Of a stretch of DNA of 29,327 bases, positions 1 through 6,734 are shown piece after piece. Below the pieces are notes generated by a model, which had not been told where the DNA came from, did not search any database, and was given only the letters and a program-made list of their open reading frames with translations. This stretch comes from a virus (Duplodnaviria; Caudoviricetes): positions 1 to 29,327 of IMG/VR virus record IMGVR_UViG_3300020045_001744; one strand, written 5' to 3'. Each line of letters opens with the position of its first letter. Position 1 is the first letter of the stretch. Position numbers and translations under genes: made by a program.

Positions 1-120
1 TCGGTTGAGATAATCGCGGATCAGCTTTGACAGGGCCACGCCCCGCGCTTCTGCCGCAGCTTTGTAGGCGTCACGCTCGACGGCGCTTACCTTGAGATTG
101 ATGAGGGTGTCTTTTTTCAT
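1..120 (-). CDS. Ribbon-helix-helix (CopG/Arc-like) DNA-binding protein, 3' end outside window
   Basis: Manual translation from ATG at 120: MKKDTLINLKVSAVERDAYKAAAEARGVALSKLIRDYLNR. It has an alternating hydrophobic beta-strand (LINLKV), a helix, and a GxxLSxLIR second helix, typical of RHH proteins. Not in the ORF track because it is truncated. Confidence 0.8.
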   Translation of the reverse strand, partial: MKKDTLINLKVSAVERDAYKAAAEARGVALSKLIRDYLNR

Positions 121-173
121 GTAAACACCTTAGTCTTTACTTTTCTTGCGCGCAACTTGTTTTTTGTCTTTAC
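121..173. promoter_or_regulatory. Three operator-like GTAAA(G/C)AC boxes
   Basis: GTAAACAC (121-128), CTTA, GTCTTTAC (133-140) form an imperfect inverted repeat. A third GTCTTTAC lies at 166-173. A TTGCGCGCAA palindrome lies at 146-155. Confidence 0.6.
127..155 (-). promoter_or_regulatory. Leftward sigma70-type promoter giving a probably leaderless RHH mRNA
   Basis: On the minus strand, TTGCGC (155-150), 17 nt, TAAGGT (132-127), then 6 nt to the ATG at 120. No Shine-Dalgarno sequence. Confidence 0.65.
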
Positions 174-197
174 TTCGCCCGCGCCGTGCGGCATGGT
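169..197 (+). promoter_or_regulatory. Candidate rightward early promoter
   Basis: TTTACT (169-174), 17 nt, CATGGT (192-197), with a T-rich upstream tract, ahead of the first + strand ORF. Confidence 0.4.
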
Positions 198-225
198 TTG
201 GATAAAGAAACCGATGGAGATGATG

Positions 226-501
226 ATGACCGACACACTCAAAGATCACTTTGAAAACTGCAAACAAGTCAGCAAGATTGTTGATGATGCAAACGCGCTG
301 CTGACAAAAGTCCAAAGCGAGTTGTTTATTGCCCGCGAAACGCTTGAGGCACTGGCGCAATACCAGCACCCAAAGCTGGCAATGAACATGCCGTATCGCA
401 TGGCAGACGGGCAATCTGAGCGCGAAAAACCAGTGCAACCAGCCTACGTTATTTCCCGCCAAGTCGCGCGCATTAACGCCCTGCTTGGTGACCGTGCATG
501 A
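226..501 (+). CDS. Hypothetical phage early protein
   Basis: ORF 157..501. GGAG at 216-219 favours the ATG at 226 (or 223). The stop overlaps the next ATG. Confidence 0.65.
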   Translation: MTDTLKDHFENCKQVSKIVDDANALLTKVQSELFIARETLEALAQYQHPKLAMNMPYRMADGQSEREKPVQPAYVISRQVARINALLGDRA

Positions 502-800
502 CCCACTACATCACCCGCCACGCCGGGGTTGCCACCCTTGGCGACCTGGAGTGCGACTTTCACTATGACGCCGACGGCGATGGGCTGACGCTGCAATCCG
601 TCAAGATCGGCATGGGCGAAGTGACGCCCAAGGTTGCTGAGACGATCATGGGCATGACCGAACTGCTGCGGATCACCGACCACCACAGCGACTGGTGGGA
701 CACCGAAGGCCACGACGAGGCGCTGCGCAGTGAGGCGGATAATCGCGGCGACTACCTGTATGAACAAGCCCGCGACCGGGCAATGGAGGATGGACTATGA
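498..800 (+). CDS. Hypothetical acidic phage protein
   Basis: 100 aa, D/E-rich, ATGA overlaps on both sides. Confidence 0.75.
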   Translation: MTHYITRHAGVATLGDLECDFHYDADGDGLTLQSVKIGMGEVTPKVAETIMGMTELLRITDHHSDWWDTEGHDEALRSEADNRGDYLYEQARDRAMEDGL

Positions 801-1129
801 TTGAAGTTGGCAAGACGTACACGGCCAAGAACGGCGACACTTTCGAGTGCGTTGAACTTGAAGGCATTATTGCGTGGTGCAGGTCACACCTGCGCGCCGC
901 GTCTTACAAATGGAATGCGGAAACCGGGCAGTCCACGTCACTGTCGCCGGAATACGACCTGAAACTGGACTCGCCAAAAACACCCTACGCTGTCGCGGCG
1001 GATCAAGTGGCCGATGCCTTGCGCGACTGCATCGCCGTGATGGATAAAGACTTGAACGGCCTGCTGATGATCCAGCCGGAATTGTCGCGCGCCGTTTCCG
1101 CACTCGCCGCATGGGAGGCCGCACAATGA
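797..1129 (+). CDS. Hypothetical phage protein
   Basis: 110 aa, GGAGGA RBS, ATGA coupling on both sides. Confidence 0.75.
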   Translation: MIEVGKTYTAKNGDTFECVELEGIIAWCRSHLRAASYKWNAETGQSTSLSPEYDLKLDSPKTPYAVAADQVADALRDCIAVMDKDLNGLLMIQPELSRAVSALAAWEAAQ

Positions 1130-1713
1130 CCACGACACGCATGACAAACGACCATCGCCGCATTATCGGACAAGCCGCTATTAGCGCAGCATTTAACCCG
1201 CAAGCCGAAGCGATGGCAGAGGTAGAGGACGGCTTGGCCCGCCAAGCATATGCCGCCATTTACAGCGTCGAGGAGCGCAGCCAAGCCGACGCTATGCCTT
1301 CATATTGGCTGCGGCAGGATGAGTGCTTGCGTTACAATGTAGGCGGGTTCCGCATTACGCTGCGGACGATGCGCGATCACCTTCGGGTGCCTTATGGCGA
1401 AAAGGGGAGCCGCAGCGGATCATACGGTTGTCACACATCGCACGGCACAATTGAGGCTGGTGAACTTTGCGACAAGATCGTTGCGCATGCAAATGCCAAA
1501 GAGGCCTTGAAGGCAAAGCGCGGACAGACTGAACGCAAACTGTTTGCCATGCTGGGATCCATGACTTCTTTGAAGAAGCTGTCAGAGGTTTGGCCGGAAG
1601 GTTTGCCGTTTTACCAGAAATTTATGACCAAGAACCCGGCAGTGATGCTGCCTGCCATTCGCACAGATGAAATCAACGCCGCCCTTGGCCTCACAGAACA
1701 GGTGCCTGCATGA
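1126..1713 (+). CDS. Nmad5-family (nucleotide-modification associated domain 5) protein
   Basis: N-terminal RMTNDHRRII, central MPSYWL, and C-terminal LGSMTSLKKLSEVWPEG motif as in Nmad5. GGGAGG RBS and ATGA overlap at 1126. Confidence 0.7.
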   Translation: MTTTRMTNDHRRIIGQAAISAAFNPQAEAMAEVEDGLARQAYAAIYSVEERSQADAMPSYWLRQDECLRYNVGGFRITLRTMRDHLRVPYGEKGSRSGSYGCHTSHGTIEAGELCDKIVAHANAKEALKAKRGQTERKLFAMLGSMTSLKKLSEVWPEGLPFYQKFMTKNPAVMLPAIRTDEINAALGLTEQVPA

Positions 1714-2021
1714 CCCGCCAATTCACAGCCGCGCGCGAGACGTTGCTTGACCCCACATCAACGCGATACGAGGTCCGCTGGGCGTCCGACGAACTGTCCT
1801 ATTCCAGCGCGCCCAACGACATTGCGCTGGTGCGCGAGGCGCGCAATCAACTCGCGTCCGACGCTCACAGCGAGTTGGACCGCCGTTTTGTGCCGTTGTC
1901 CCCGCCCGAGGTGACGTATCGCGGCGATGTGCTGGTGTTCCTGTTCTGCGCGGCCATTTGCGTATCGCTGATCGCGTGGGGCATTGCCGCATGGGTCCAA
2001 AGCGCGGCGGTGGGGCAATGA
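1710..2021 (+). CDS. Hypothetical protein with C-terminal transmembrane helix
   Basis: Hydrophobic stretch VLVFLFCAAICVSLIAWGIAAWV; ATGA coupling. Confidence 0.7.
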   Translation: MTRQFTAARETLLDPTSTRYEVRWASDELSYSSAPNDIALVREARNQLASDAHSELDRRFVPLSPPEVTYRGDVLVFLFCAAICVSLIAWGIAAWVQSAAVGQ

Positions 2022-2254
2022 ACCACACCCCGATACAGGGCTGCATTGACACGCTGCGCGCGGCGAATGCGAACATGGCGGAATTTACCGCCTCCCCCTA
2101 CGCACGGGGCAGGGCTATCGCCACGGCGCAGATGGCGTTGCAGGGTCTGCGGCATGACGAACAGGCGGCGACCATCGCAGCGGCGTTGGTGGCACAGCAC
2201 GGCAAAACACGCGCGGCCATGGTGCTGCGTAAAGCAATGGAGATGGTGGGATGA
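2018..2254 (+). CDS. Hypothetical helical protein
   Basis: Start MNHTPIQ at 2018 overlaps the upstream TGA. Confidence 0.65.
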   Translation: MNHTPIQGCIDTLRAANANMAEFTASPYARGRAIATAQMALQGLRHDEQAATIAAALVAQHGKTRAAMVLRKAMEMVG

Positions 2255-2448
2255 CCGCACAGATTTGGTTTAACGTGGCGGCTTATCTGGGCATCGGCCT
2301 TGCGCTGTTGTTTGCAGTCAAGGCCTTGACTGCCCAAAGCGAATTCAAGCGGTTTGAGAAGATGAATATGTGGCCTCTGTTGATTGGATGGCCGCTGTTT
2401 GTCGTCGCCATCGTAGTGTTGAAGCCGTTTTACAGGGGGCGCAAATGA
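2251..2448 (+). CDS. Small two-transmembrane-helix membrane protein
   Basis: Two hydrophobic segments, MWPLLIGWP motif, basic C-terminal tail. Confidence 0.7.
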   Translation: MTAQIWFNVAAYLGIGLALLFAVKALTAQSEFKRFEKMNMWPLLIGWPLFVVAIVVLKPFYRGRK

Positions 2449-2510
2449 CATGGGCCGAGGCACTGACACAGGCCGCGAAGGTGCGGCGCGAGAGGGAGAC
2501 GGGCAAATGA
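2445..2510 (+). CDS. 21-aa mini-ORF MTWAEALTQAAKVRRERETGK
   Basis: ATGA overlap with the upstream stop (2445-2448) and with the downstream start (2507-2510). Fills the gap exactly. Confidence 0.5.
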   Translation: MTWAEALTQAAKVRRERETGK

Positions 2511-2962
2511 CCCCTACCGAGCAACAGGAGCCGCCGATGCGCGCACCAAAGGAGGCCCCGATGGGCAGGACGCTTGCAGAACTGAACGTGCAGCCGGGGG
2601 ACGTGGTTCACAACGGCAGAGGATACACATACACCCTTGCCAAGGACCGATCAGATTATTGGTGCGACGCAGCAGATTTCGGCATCCTCGAAGCAGGCGC
2701 ACCAACTTGGCACATCGTTTCCCGCGCAAACGACACCCGTGCCGACCTGATCGCCCAACGGGACGCCTTGCAGGCGCAGATCGACGCCTTGCCGCCCGAG
2801 CCTGTGGTGGAGACGGTCCGGATGTATTTCGACCGCATGGAAAACGGCAGGCCGCGCATTTCGGATGGCACAGGGCCACGCGACACCTACTACCTCAACG
2901 TGACCATCATCGACGGGGTGCCGCAGGGCTGGACCAAGATTGAGGGGGCGAGTGATGGATGA
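2507..2962 (+). CDS. Modular hypothetical phage protein (alternative starts at 2537 and 2561)
   Basis: Modules TLAELNVQPGDVV, a coiled-coil linker, PEPVVETVRMY and C-terminal IDGVPQGWTKIEG. Three in-frame RBS+ATG pairs. Confidence 0.7.
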   Translation: MTPTEQQEPPMRAPKEAPMGRTLAELNVQPGDVVHNGRGYTYTLAKDRSDYWCDAADFGILEAGAPTWHIVSRANDTRADLIAQRDALQAQIDALPPEPVVETVRMYFDRMENGRPRISDGTGPRDTYYLNVTIIDGVPQGWTKIEGASDG

Positions 2963-3380
2963 AATGCAACCAAGCACTGACGATCCGCTGGCAACAATGA
3001 TTAGCGATCTGTCCCACACTGGCGAACTTTCCATGCTTTACCGCATGGAAGTTGCCGACGCTATCACACAACTTCGCCTTGAACTTGCGCAGGCCCGTGA
3101 GTGCGAGGCTGGGGCGTATGAGGCAGCAGCTGGCATATGCGACAAGCACAGCTATTCAAATAACCTCTATGTCTCAATGCGCGTGGCTACCGCAGCTAGA
3201 GAAATCCGCGCCCTGACCCCTGCCGACACCATGGCGGCGCTTGCTGCCCGTGACGCGCGGGTGAGGGATGCCACGTCAGACAAGATGATCGCCGCAATCT
3301 GGGCCCACTATGGAGACCTAAAGTCCGCAAAAGCCGCCATCCTCGCCCTACGCACCCCCACAGAAGGAACGCCGGAATGA
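2955..3380 (+). CDS. Hypothetical Ala-rich phage protein
   Basis: GAGGGG RBS. Shares the IRALTPA..ALAA.D.RVR module with 4408..5013. Confidence 0.7.
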   Translation: MDEMQPSTDDPLATMISDLSHTGELSMLYRMEVADAITQLRLELAQARECEAGAYEAAAGICDKHSYSNNLYVSMRVATAAREIRALTPADTMAALAARDARVRDATSDKMIAAIWAHYGDLKSAKAAILALRTPTEGTPE

Positions 3381-3793
3381 GTGATCATCCACACAACGCG
3401 GGCCAGACCGTCACCGTGCCACAGATCAGCAAGATGCCTTTCATGGATATCGACTGGGGTCCGATAACCGTCACTGAAAACTGGGGTCGTTTGTTCATAC
3501 GGGACCGAGAATCAATGATTGTCGTTCTGCGACAGAGTTACCCCGCGTTGATTGCTGCCCTTCAGCACTTTGTCGCACCTGCATCGCCCACCCCGGTTGC
3601 TGCGGCTATGGCGGTGCCGGACATGCCCGAAACCGATGTTGGCGACGTTGGCAACTATTACGGCGGCTTGGCTATAATGGCAAAAGACGGCGTGACCTAT
3701 TGGAGCATCGGAAATCACGATGGCCACCATTGGTTGCCGTGTCCATTACCCGTGTTCGCCGCCCTCGCGTCCATGAAAGGCAAAACCCCGTGA
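3377..3793 (+). CDS. Hypothetical phage protein (contains GNYYGGL motif)
   Basis: 138 aa, AAGGA RBS, coupled at both ends. Confidence 0.7.
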   Translation: MSDHPHNAGQTVTVPQISKMPFMDIDWGPITVTENWGRLFIRDRESMIVVLRQSYPALIAALQHFVAPASPTPVAAAMAVPDMPETDVGDVGNYYGGLAIMAKDGVTYWSIGNHDGHHWLPCPLPVFAALASMKGKTP

Positions 3794-3978
3794 CAGAGCC
3801 ATCACACAAAGCGCAGCAGTGCAGCGTTCATATGCGTTGGGGCTTTATCCCTGTCCTGATGGTCAGGCAATCAGTGGCGACAAGCAACTATTCTTGGGAA
3901 TGGGGCCGCTGGAGAAAAGCCCGCATCGGTGAACTGGTGGTAATTAACGCCCTGCTTATGCAGACATGGAAGGAATGA
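3790..3978 (+). CDS. Hypothetical protein
   Basis: GTG at 3790 overlaps the upstream TGA; Trp-rich. Confidence 0.55.
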   Translation: MTEPSHKAQQCSVHMRWGFIPVLMVRQSVATSNYSWEWGRWRKARIGELVVINALLMQTWKE

Positions 3979-3979
3979 C

Positions 3980-4208
3980 ATGACCCACCCAGAAAGCAAG
4001 GGTAGCACCTACGAAACCAGATGGATACCATACAACGATGGCGACCCCGTGCCGATGGGGCGGGTGCGCGTCAGTTTTGACGGCAAGTCGCATGTCACGG
4101 GATACGCAGAAAACTGGCCGTCTGAATACTGGCACCGCGTCACCCACTACCAGCGCCACCCGGATCAACGGGGTGCCCGAGGGGTTTGTGAAAGTGGAGG
4201 GGGTGTGA
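3980..4208 (+). pseudogene. Frameshifted or internally deleted modular early gene, now read in frame into the next gene
   Basis: N-module WIPYNDGDPVP..VTHYQ is in frame 3980. The C-module INGVPEGFVKVEGV-stop (homologous to the 2507..2962 C-terminus) is in the +1 frame, 4164-4208. Confidence 0.5.
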
Positions 4209-4411
4209 TGGCACAGCCGTGGCAATGCAGATGGGGGTTCCACAAGTGGAGCCTGCCCTACGCCAGCGCAGGTGATGAAAGTTGGTGGGGCGGGGCAGGC
4301 CATCATCGCTGTCACTGCCAACGCCCTAACTGCACTTGGGTCAGACGTTGGCATCCCGGCACTTTCCCCAACAATCTGAAAACCATGACACGCAAGGAAC
4401 CCACCCCATGA
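4208..4411 (+). CDS. Small Cys/His protein (CxxxxHxW...CxC...C), possibly Zn-binding
   Basis: MAQPWQCRWGFHKW...; own GGAGG RBS; TGATG coupling at 4206-4210. Confidence 0.6.
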   Translation: MAQPWQCRWGFHKWSLPYASAGDESWWGGAGHHRCHCQRPNCTWVRRWHPGTFPNNLKTMTRKEPTP

Positions 4412-5013
4412 CCGACGAACAACTGGACGCGCTGATGGGCGAGATTCATTTTGAAGCCGTCAACAGCGAGATTGACCGATCCTTGGCGGGCAGAATTTGC
4501 ATTGCCATCACCCACCTGCGCACAACCCTTGCCGCATCATCCGCCCGCGAAGCTGCCGCCGTGGCCGCTGCGTTGGAGGGGGCGGCGGCAATAACTGAGC
4601 GTATCGCGGCTGGATATGCTGCGGGCGCTCACCGATACCGCGTTCGATGGGCGCTGTACCTTGCGGCGGGGAATATCCGCGCGCTGATCACGCCCGCGCA
4701 GTCCGACGCACTGGCCGCGCATGACAAGCGGGTGAGAGAGGCGGCGCGCAAGGTCAAGCCGCTGGTGTGGTACTCAAAATCAGAGTGGCACTATTTCACC
4801 GATGCGGAACCGGGAAGCCCCGGAAACAGCCAGAAAATGCAGTACGTCATAAAGCACTATCCTCTGGATGGAGGTCTTTGGGATTTGTACGGGCCGGGGC
4901 ACTGGGGTCCGGGTAACAAGTTTTCGACCCTAGAAGCCGCCAAAGCCGCAGCGCAGGCCGATTACGACGCCCGTATCCTGTCCGCCCTTATCGACGCCGG
5001 GGTTGCCGCATGA
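4408..5013 (+). CDS. Modular hypothetical phage protein
   Basis: AAGGA RBS; modules IRALITPA..ALAAHD.RVRE, VKPLVW and TLEAAKAAAQADYDARILSAL. Confidence 0.75.
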   Translation: MTDEQLDALMGEIHFEAVNSEIDRSLAGRICIAITHLRTTLAASSAREAAAVAAALEGAAAITERIAAGYAAGAHRYRVRWALYLAAGNIRALITPAQSDALAAHDKRVREAARKVKPLVWYSKSEWHYFTDAEPGSPGNSQKMQYVIKHYPLDGGLWDLYGPGHWGPGNKFSTLEAAKAAAQADYDARILSALIDAGVAA

Positions 5014-5294
5014 GCGCGCCGGATACAATTGTCGTTGGTGTATTTGGCGGATGCTGGGATGGATTGGCTATTGTCGGCCCTATTCGCGACGACACAAATT
5101 GGCCATCGTACCGCCGCGCCGACTTGCCCCCGACGCTTGCCGCCGCGTTGGCGCTGCCGGAAATCGCGGCGCTGGTGGGGGCGGCGCGGTCTGCCGAGCA
5201 ACAGCTACAGCGCCTGGGATCGGATGGCGCTGCCAGTGGCCTGACCGCCGCCCTAGCCGCGCTAACCCCACCCGCAACACAGGAGACGCCGTGA
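5010..5294 (+). CDS. Hypothetical phage protein (YRRADL motif)
   Basis: MSAPDTI..YRRADL..ALALPEIAALV; ATGA coupling; last gene of the + arm. Confidence 0.7.
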   Translation: MSAPDTIVVGVFGGCWDGLAIVGPIRDDTNWPSYRRADLPPTLAAALALPEIAALVGAARSAEQQLQRLGSDGAASGLTAALAALTPPATQETP

Positions 5295-5307
5295 TGGGCG
5301 GCCCCGA

Positions 5308-5817
5308 TTAAGCCGTCAGCCGCAGCGCCACGACTCGGATGGTGCGGCTGGCCCCGGTGATTGACACCCCGGATGCGTTGAAGAACTTGAGCGTGACGGC
5401 GCTTGCCCCCGTCACCTCCCCCGACAGGATCAGTCCAGCGTCCAAGCCGATGCCGTTGACGATCAGCAAATCCCCCACCACAGCGCCTGTGAGCGTCATT
5501 GCGGCGGTTCCCTGCGTTCCTGCGGCCACGGTGGGCACAGCCACGCTGGCAGAGGCGTAGACGGCCTTTGAGACGGTCGCGCCGAGTATGAGGGCCGTGG
5601 CTACGTTGAGGGTGTCTATAGCCCCATCTGGCGCGTTCAGGGCGTCCGCATCCACGATGCCCAAGGTGGCGTCCAGTCCGTCACGGGCCACGCCTGTCAG
5701 CAGGTTTGCGCGGGTGACGCGGCGGGTCTGGTTGGCCCCGTTGTCGTAGATCACCAACAGGTCGTCGTCAGTGACGGACCCGGAGGCTTGGTTTGGCAGA
5801 TCGGGGATTTCAACCAT
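5308..5817 (-). CDS. Putative minor virion fibre or accessory structural protein
   Basis: N-terminal IPDLP..DDDLLVIYD..TRRVTRANL resembles fibre anchor motifs; beta-rich A/G/T/V C-terminal domain; AAGGAG RBS. Confidence 0.55.
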   Translation of the reverse strand: MVEIPDLPNQASGSVTDDDLLVIYDNGANQTRRVTRANLLTGVARDGLDATLGIVDADALNAPDGAIDTLNVATALILGATVSKAVYASASVAVPTVAAGTQGTAAMTLTGAVVGDLLIVNGIGLDAGLILSGEVTGASAVTLKFFNASGVSITGASRTIRVVALRLTA

Positions 5818-5823
5818 GGGGGA

Positions 5824-5841
5824 GTCTCCTTTGCCGGAGAC
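5824..5841 (-). promoter_or_regulatory. Hairpin sequestering the Shine-Dalgarno of 5308..5817
   Basis: Minus strand GTCTCC-GGCAAA-GGAGAC, with the SD GGAG in the 3' arm. Confidence 0.5.
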
Positions 5842-5847
5842 GGTGCC

Positions 5848-6087
5848 TTATGGGGCCGGGTTTTCAGATGCACGGCCAGCCAGCACTTCAACTTGACCGC
5901 CGCATTTGACCAGTGCGGCGCGGTCCCGCCCCCAGTAGATTTCCACGTCACGGTCGGACAGTGACCCCGGCAGCAGCACAGGGCGGTCGCAGGGCACTGT
6001 CAGGCTTGGCGGCAGATCAGCGGATCTGGTTAAGCCGGAACACCCGGCCAGCAGGCAGGCAAGCAGGATGGGTGACAGGTTCGGCAT
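5848..6087 (-). CDS. Rz1: Outer-membrane spanin (Rz1-like lipoprotein)
   Basis: Lipobox LLAGC, Pro-rich region with further Cys, start inside the 3' end of the i-spanin (overlapped architecture). Confidence 0.85.
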   Translation of the reverse strand: MPNLSPILLACLLAGCSGLTRSADLPPSLTVPCDRPVLLPGSLSDRDVEIYWGRDRAALVKCGGQVEVLAGRASENPAP

Positions 6088-6298
6088 AGGCGGCGTCCTC
6101 CAAGAGTTGATTGAGGCGGTCGCGTTCGGCCTGCGCGGCCAGTCTTGCGGCTTCCAGCTTGGCCGTGGCCTCGCGGCTGGCTTCCATAGCGGCCTCTACG
6201 CGGGCTTCGCACAGCGCGCGGCCATCAGCCTTGCCCTTGAGGTACAGACCCCCGCACAAAGCAAGTGCGAGGGCTGCAATGATGGCGTACTGGGTCAT
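6017..6298 (-). CDS. Rz: Inner-membrane spanin (Rz-like)
   Basis: N-terminal transmembrane helix, Ala-rich coiled coil, C-terminal Cys; lies downstream of the endolysin. Confidence 0.8.
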   Translation of the reverse strand: MTQYAIIAALALALCGGLYLKGKADGRALCEARVEAAMEASREATAKLEAARLAAQAERDRLNQLLEDAAYAEPVTHPACLPAGRVFRLNQIR

Positions 6299-6663
6299 AC
6301 CTTGCTTTGGCCTTCGACGCCCCGGCGCATCCGGTCAATCGTCCGTTGTTGCAACCAATGCAGGGCCTCTTCGCACTTTGTCAAAGCAATGGCGTTCTCG
6401 CGCGACGAGAACGGGCCGGACTGGAAAGAGCGCAGCCGGTCGATAACGACGGCGAGCAGAATTTCCTGCGTCACGCCATTAACGCCATGCTCTGCAATCG
6501 GCCCGTTCTGAAAACTCACGACCGACAAAGGCGGCAGCCCGACAGTGGCGGTGTGATGGATTTCGTAGACGTGGTTTGCGCCGCCGTGGCCTGGGGCGTC
6601 AGAAACGACAATATCCAGTGTGTCGTTCAGCGGGTTGATCTTGTGGTACTCGACAGTTCTCAT
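6295..6663 (-). CDS. tad1: Tad1-family anti-defence sponge (Thoeris/CBASS signal sequestration)
   Basis: Motifs GHGGANHVY, FQNGP, GVTQEILL..VIDRLRSFQSGPFSSRENAIALTKCEEALHW...R..DR..RGVEG match the Tad1 consensus closely. AGGAG RBS at 6677-6673. Confidence 0.85.
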   Translation of the reverse strand: MRTVEYHKINPLNDTLDIVVSDAPGHGGANHVYEIHHTATVGLPPLSVVSFQNGPIAEHGVNGVTQEILLAVVIDRLRSFQSGPFSSRENAIALTKCEEALHWLQQRTIDRMRRGVEGQSKV

Positions 6664-6680
6664 ATTGAGATACTCCTGTT

Positions 6681-6719
6681 GCCCATTAACGCTTGGGCGG
6701 GCGATGCCGCGTTGCGCGG
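6681..6719 (-). promoter_or_regulatory. Two-hairpin leader between endolysin and tad1
   Basis: Minus strand CCGCG-CAA-CGCGG (6719-6707) and GCCCA-AGCGTTAA-TGGGC (6698-6681), directly before the RBS. No U-tract. Confidence 0.45.
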
Positions 6720-6734
6720 AATATCAATCTTGCT

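Noticed and set aside
130-462. Minus-strand 110-aa ORF as a repressor
   Set aside because: Antisense to the first early gene, runs through the promoter region, and has no HTH motif.
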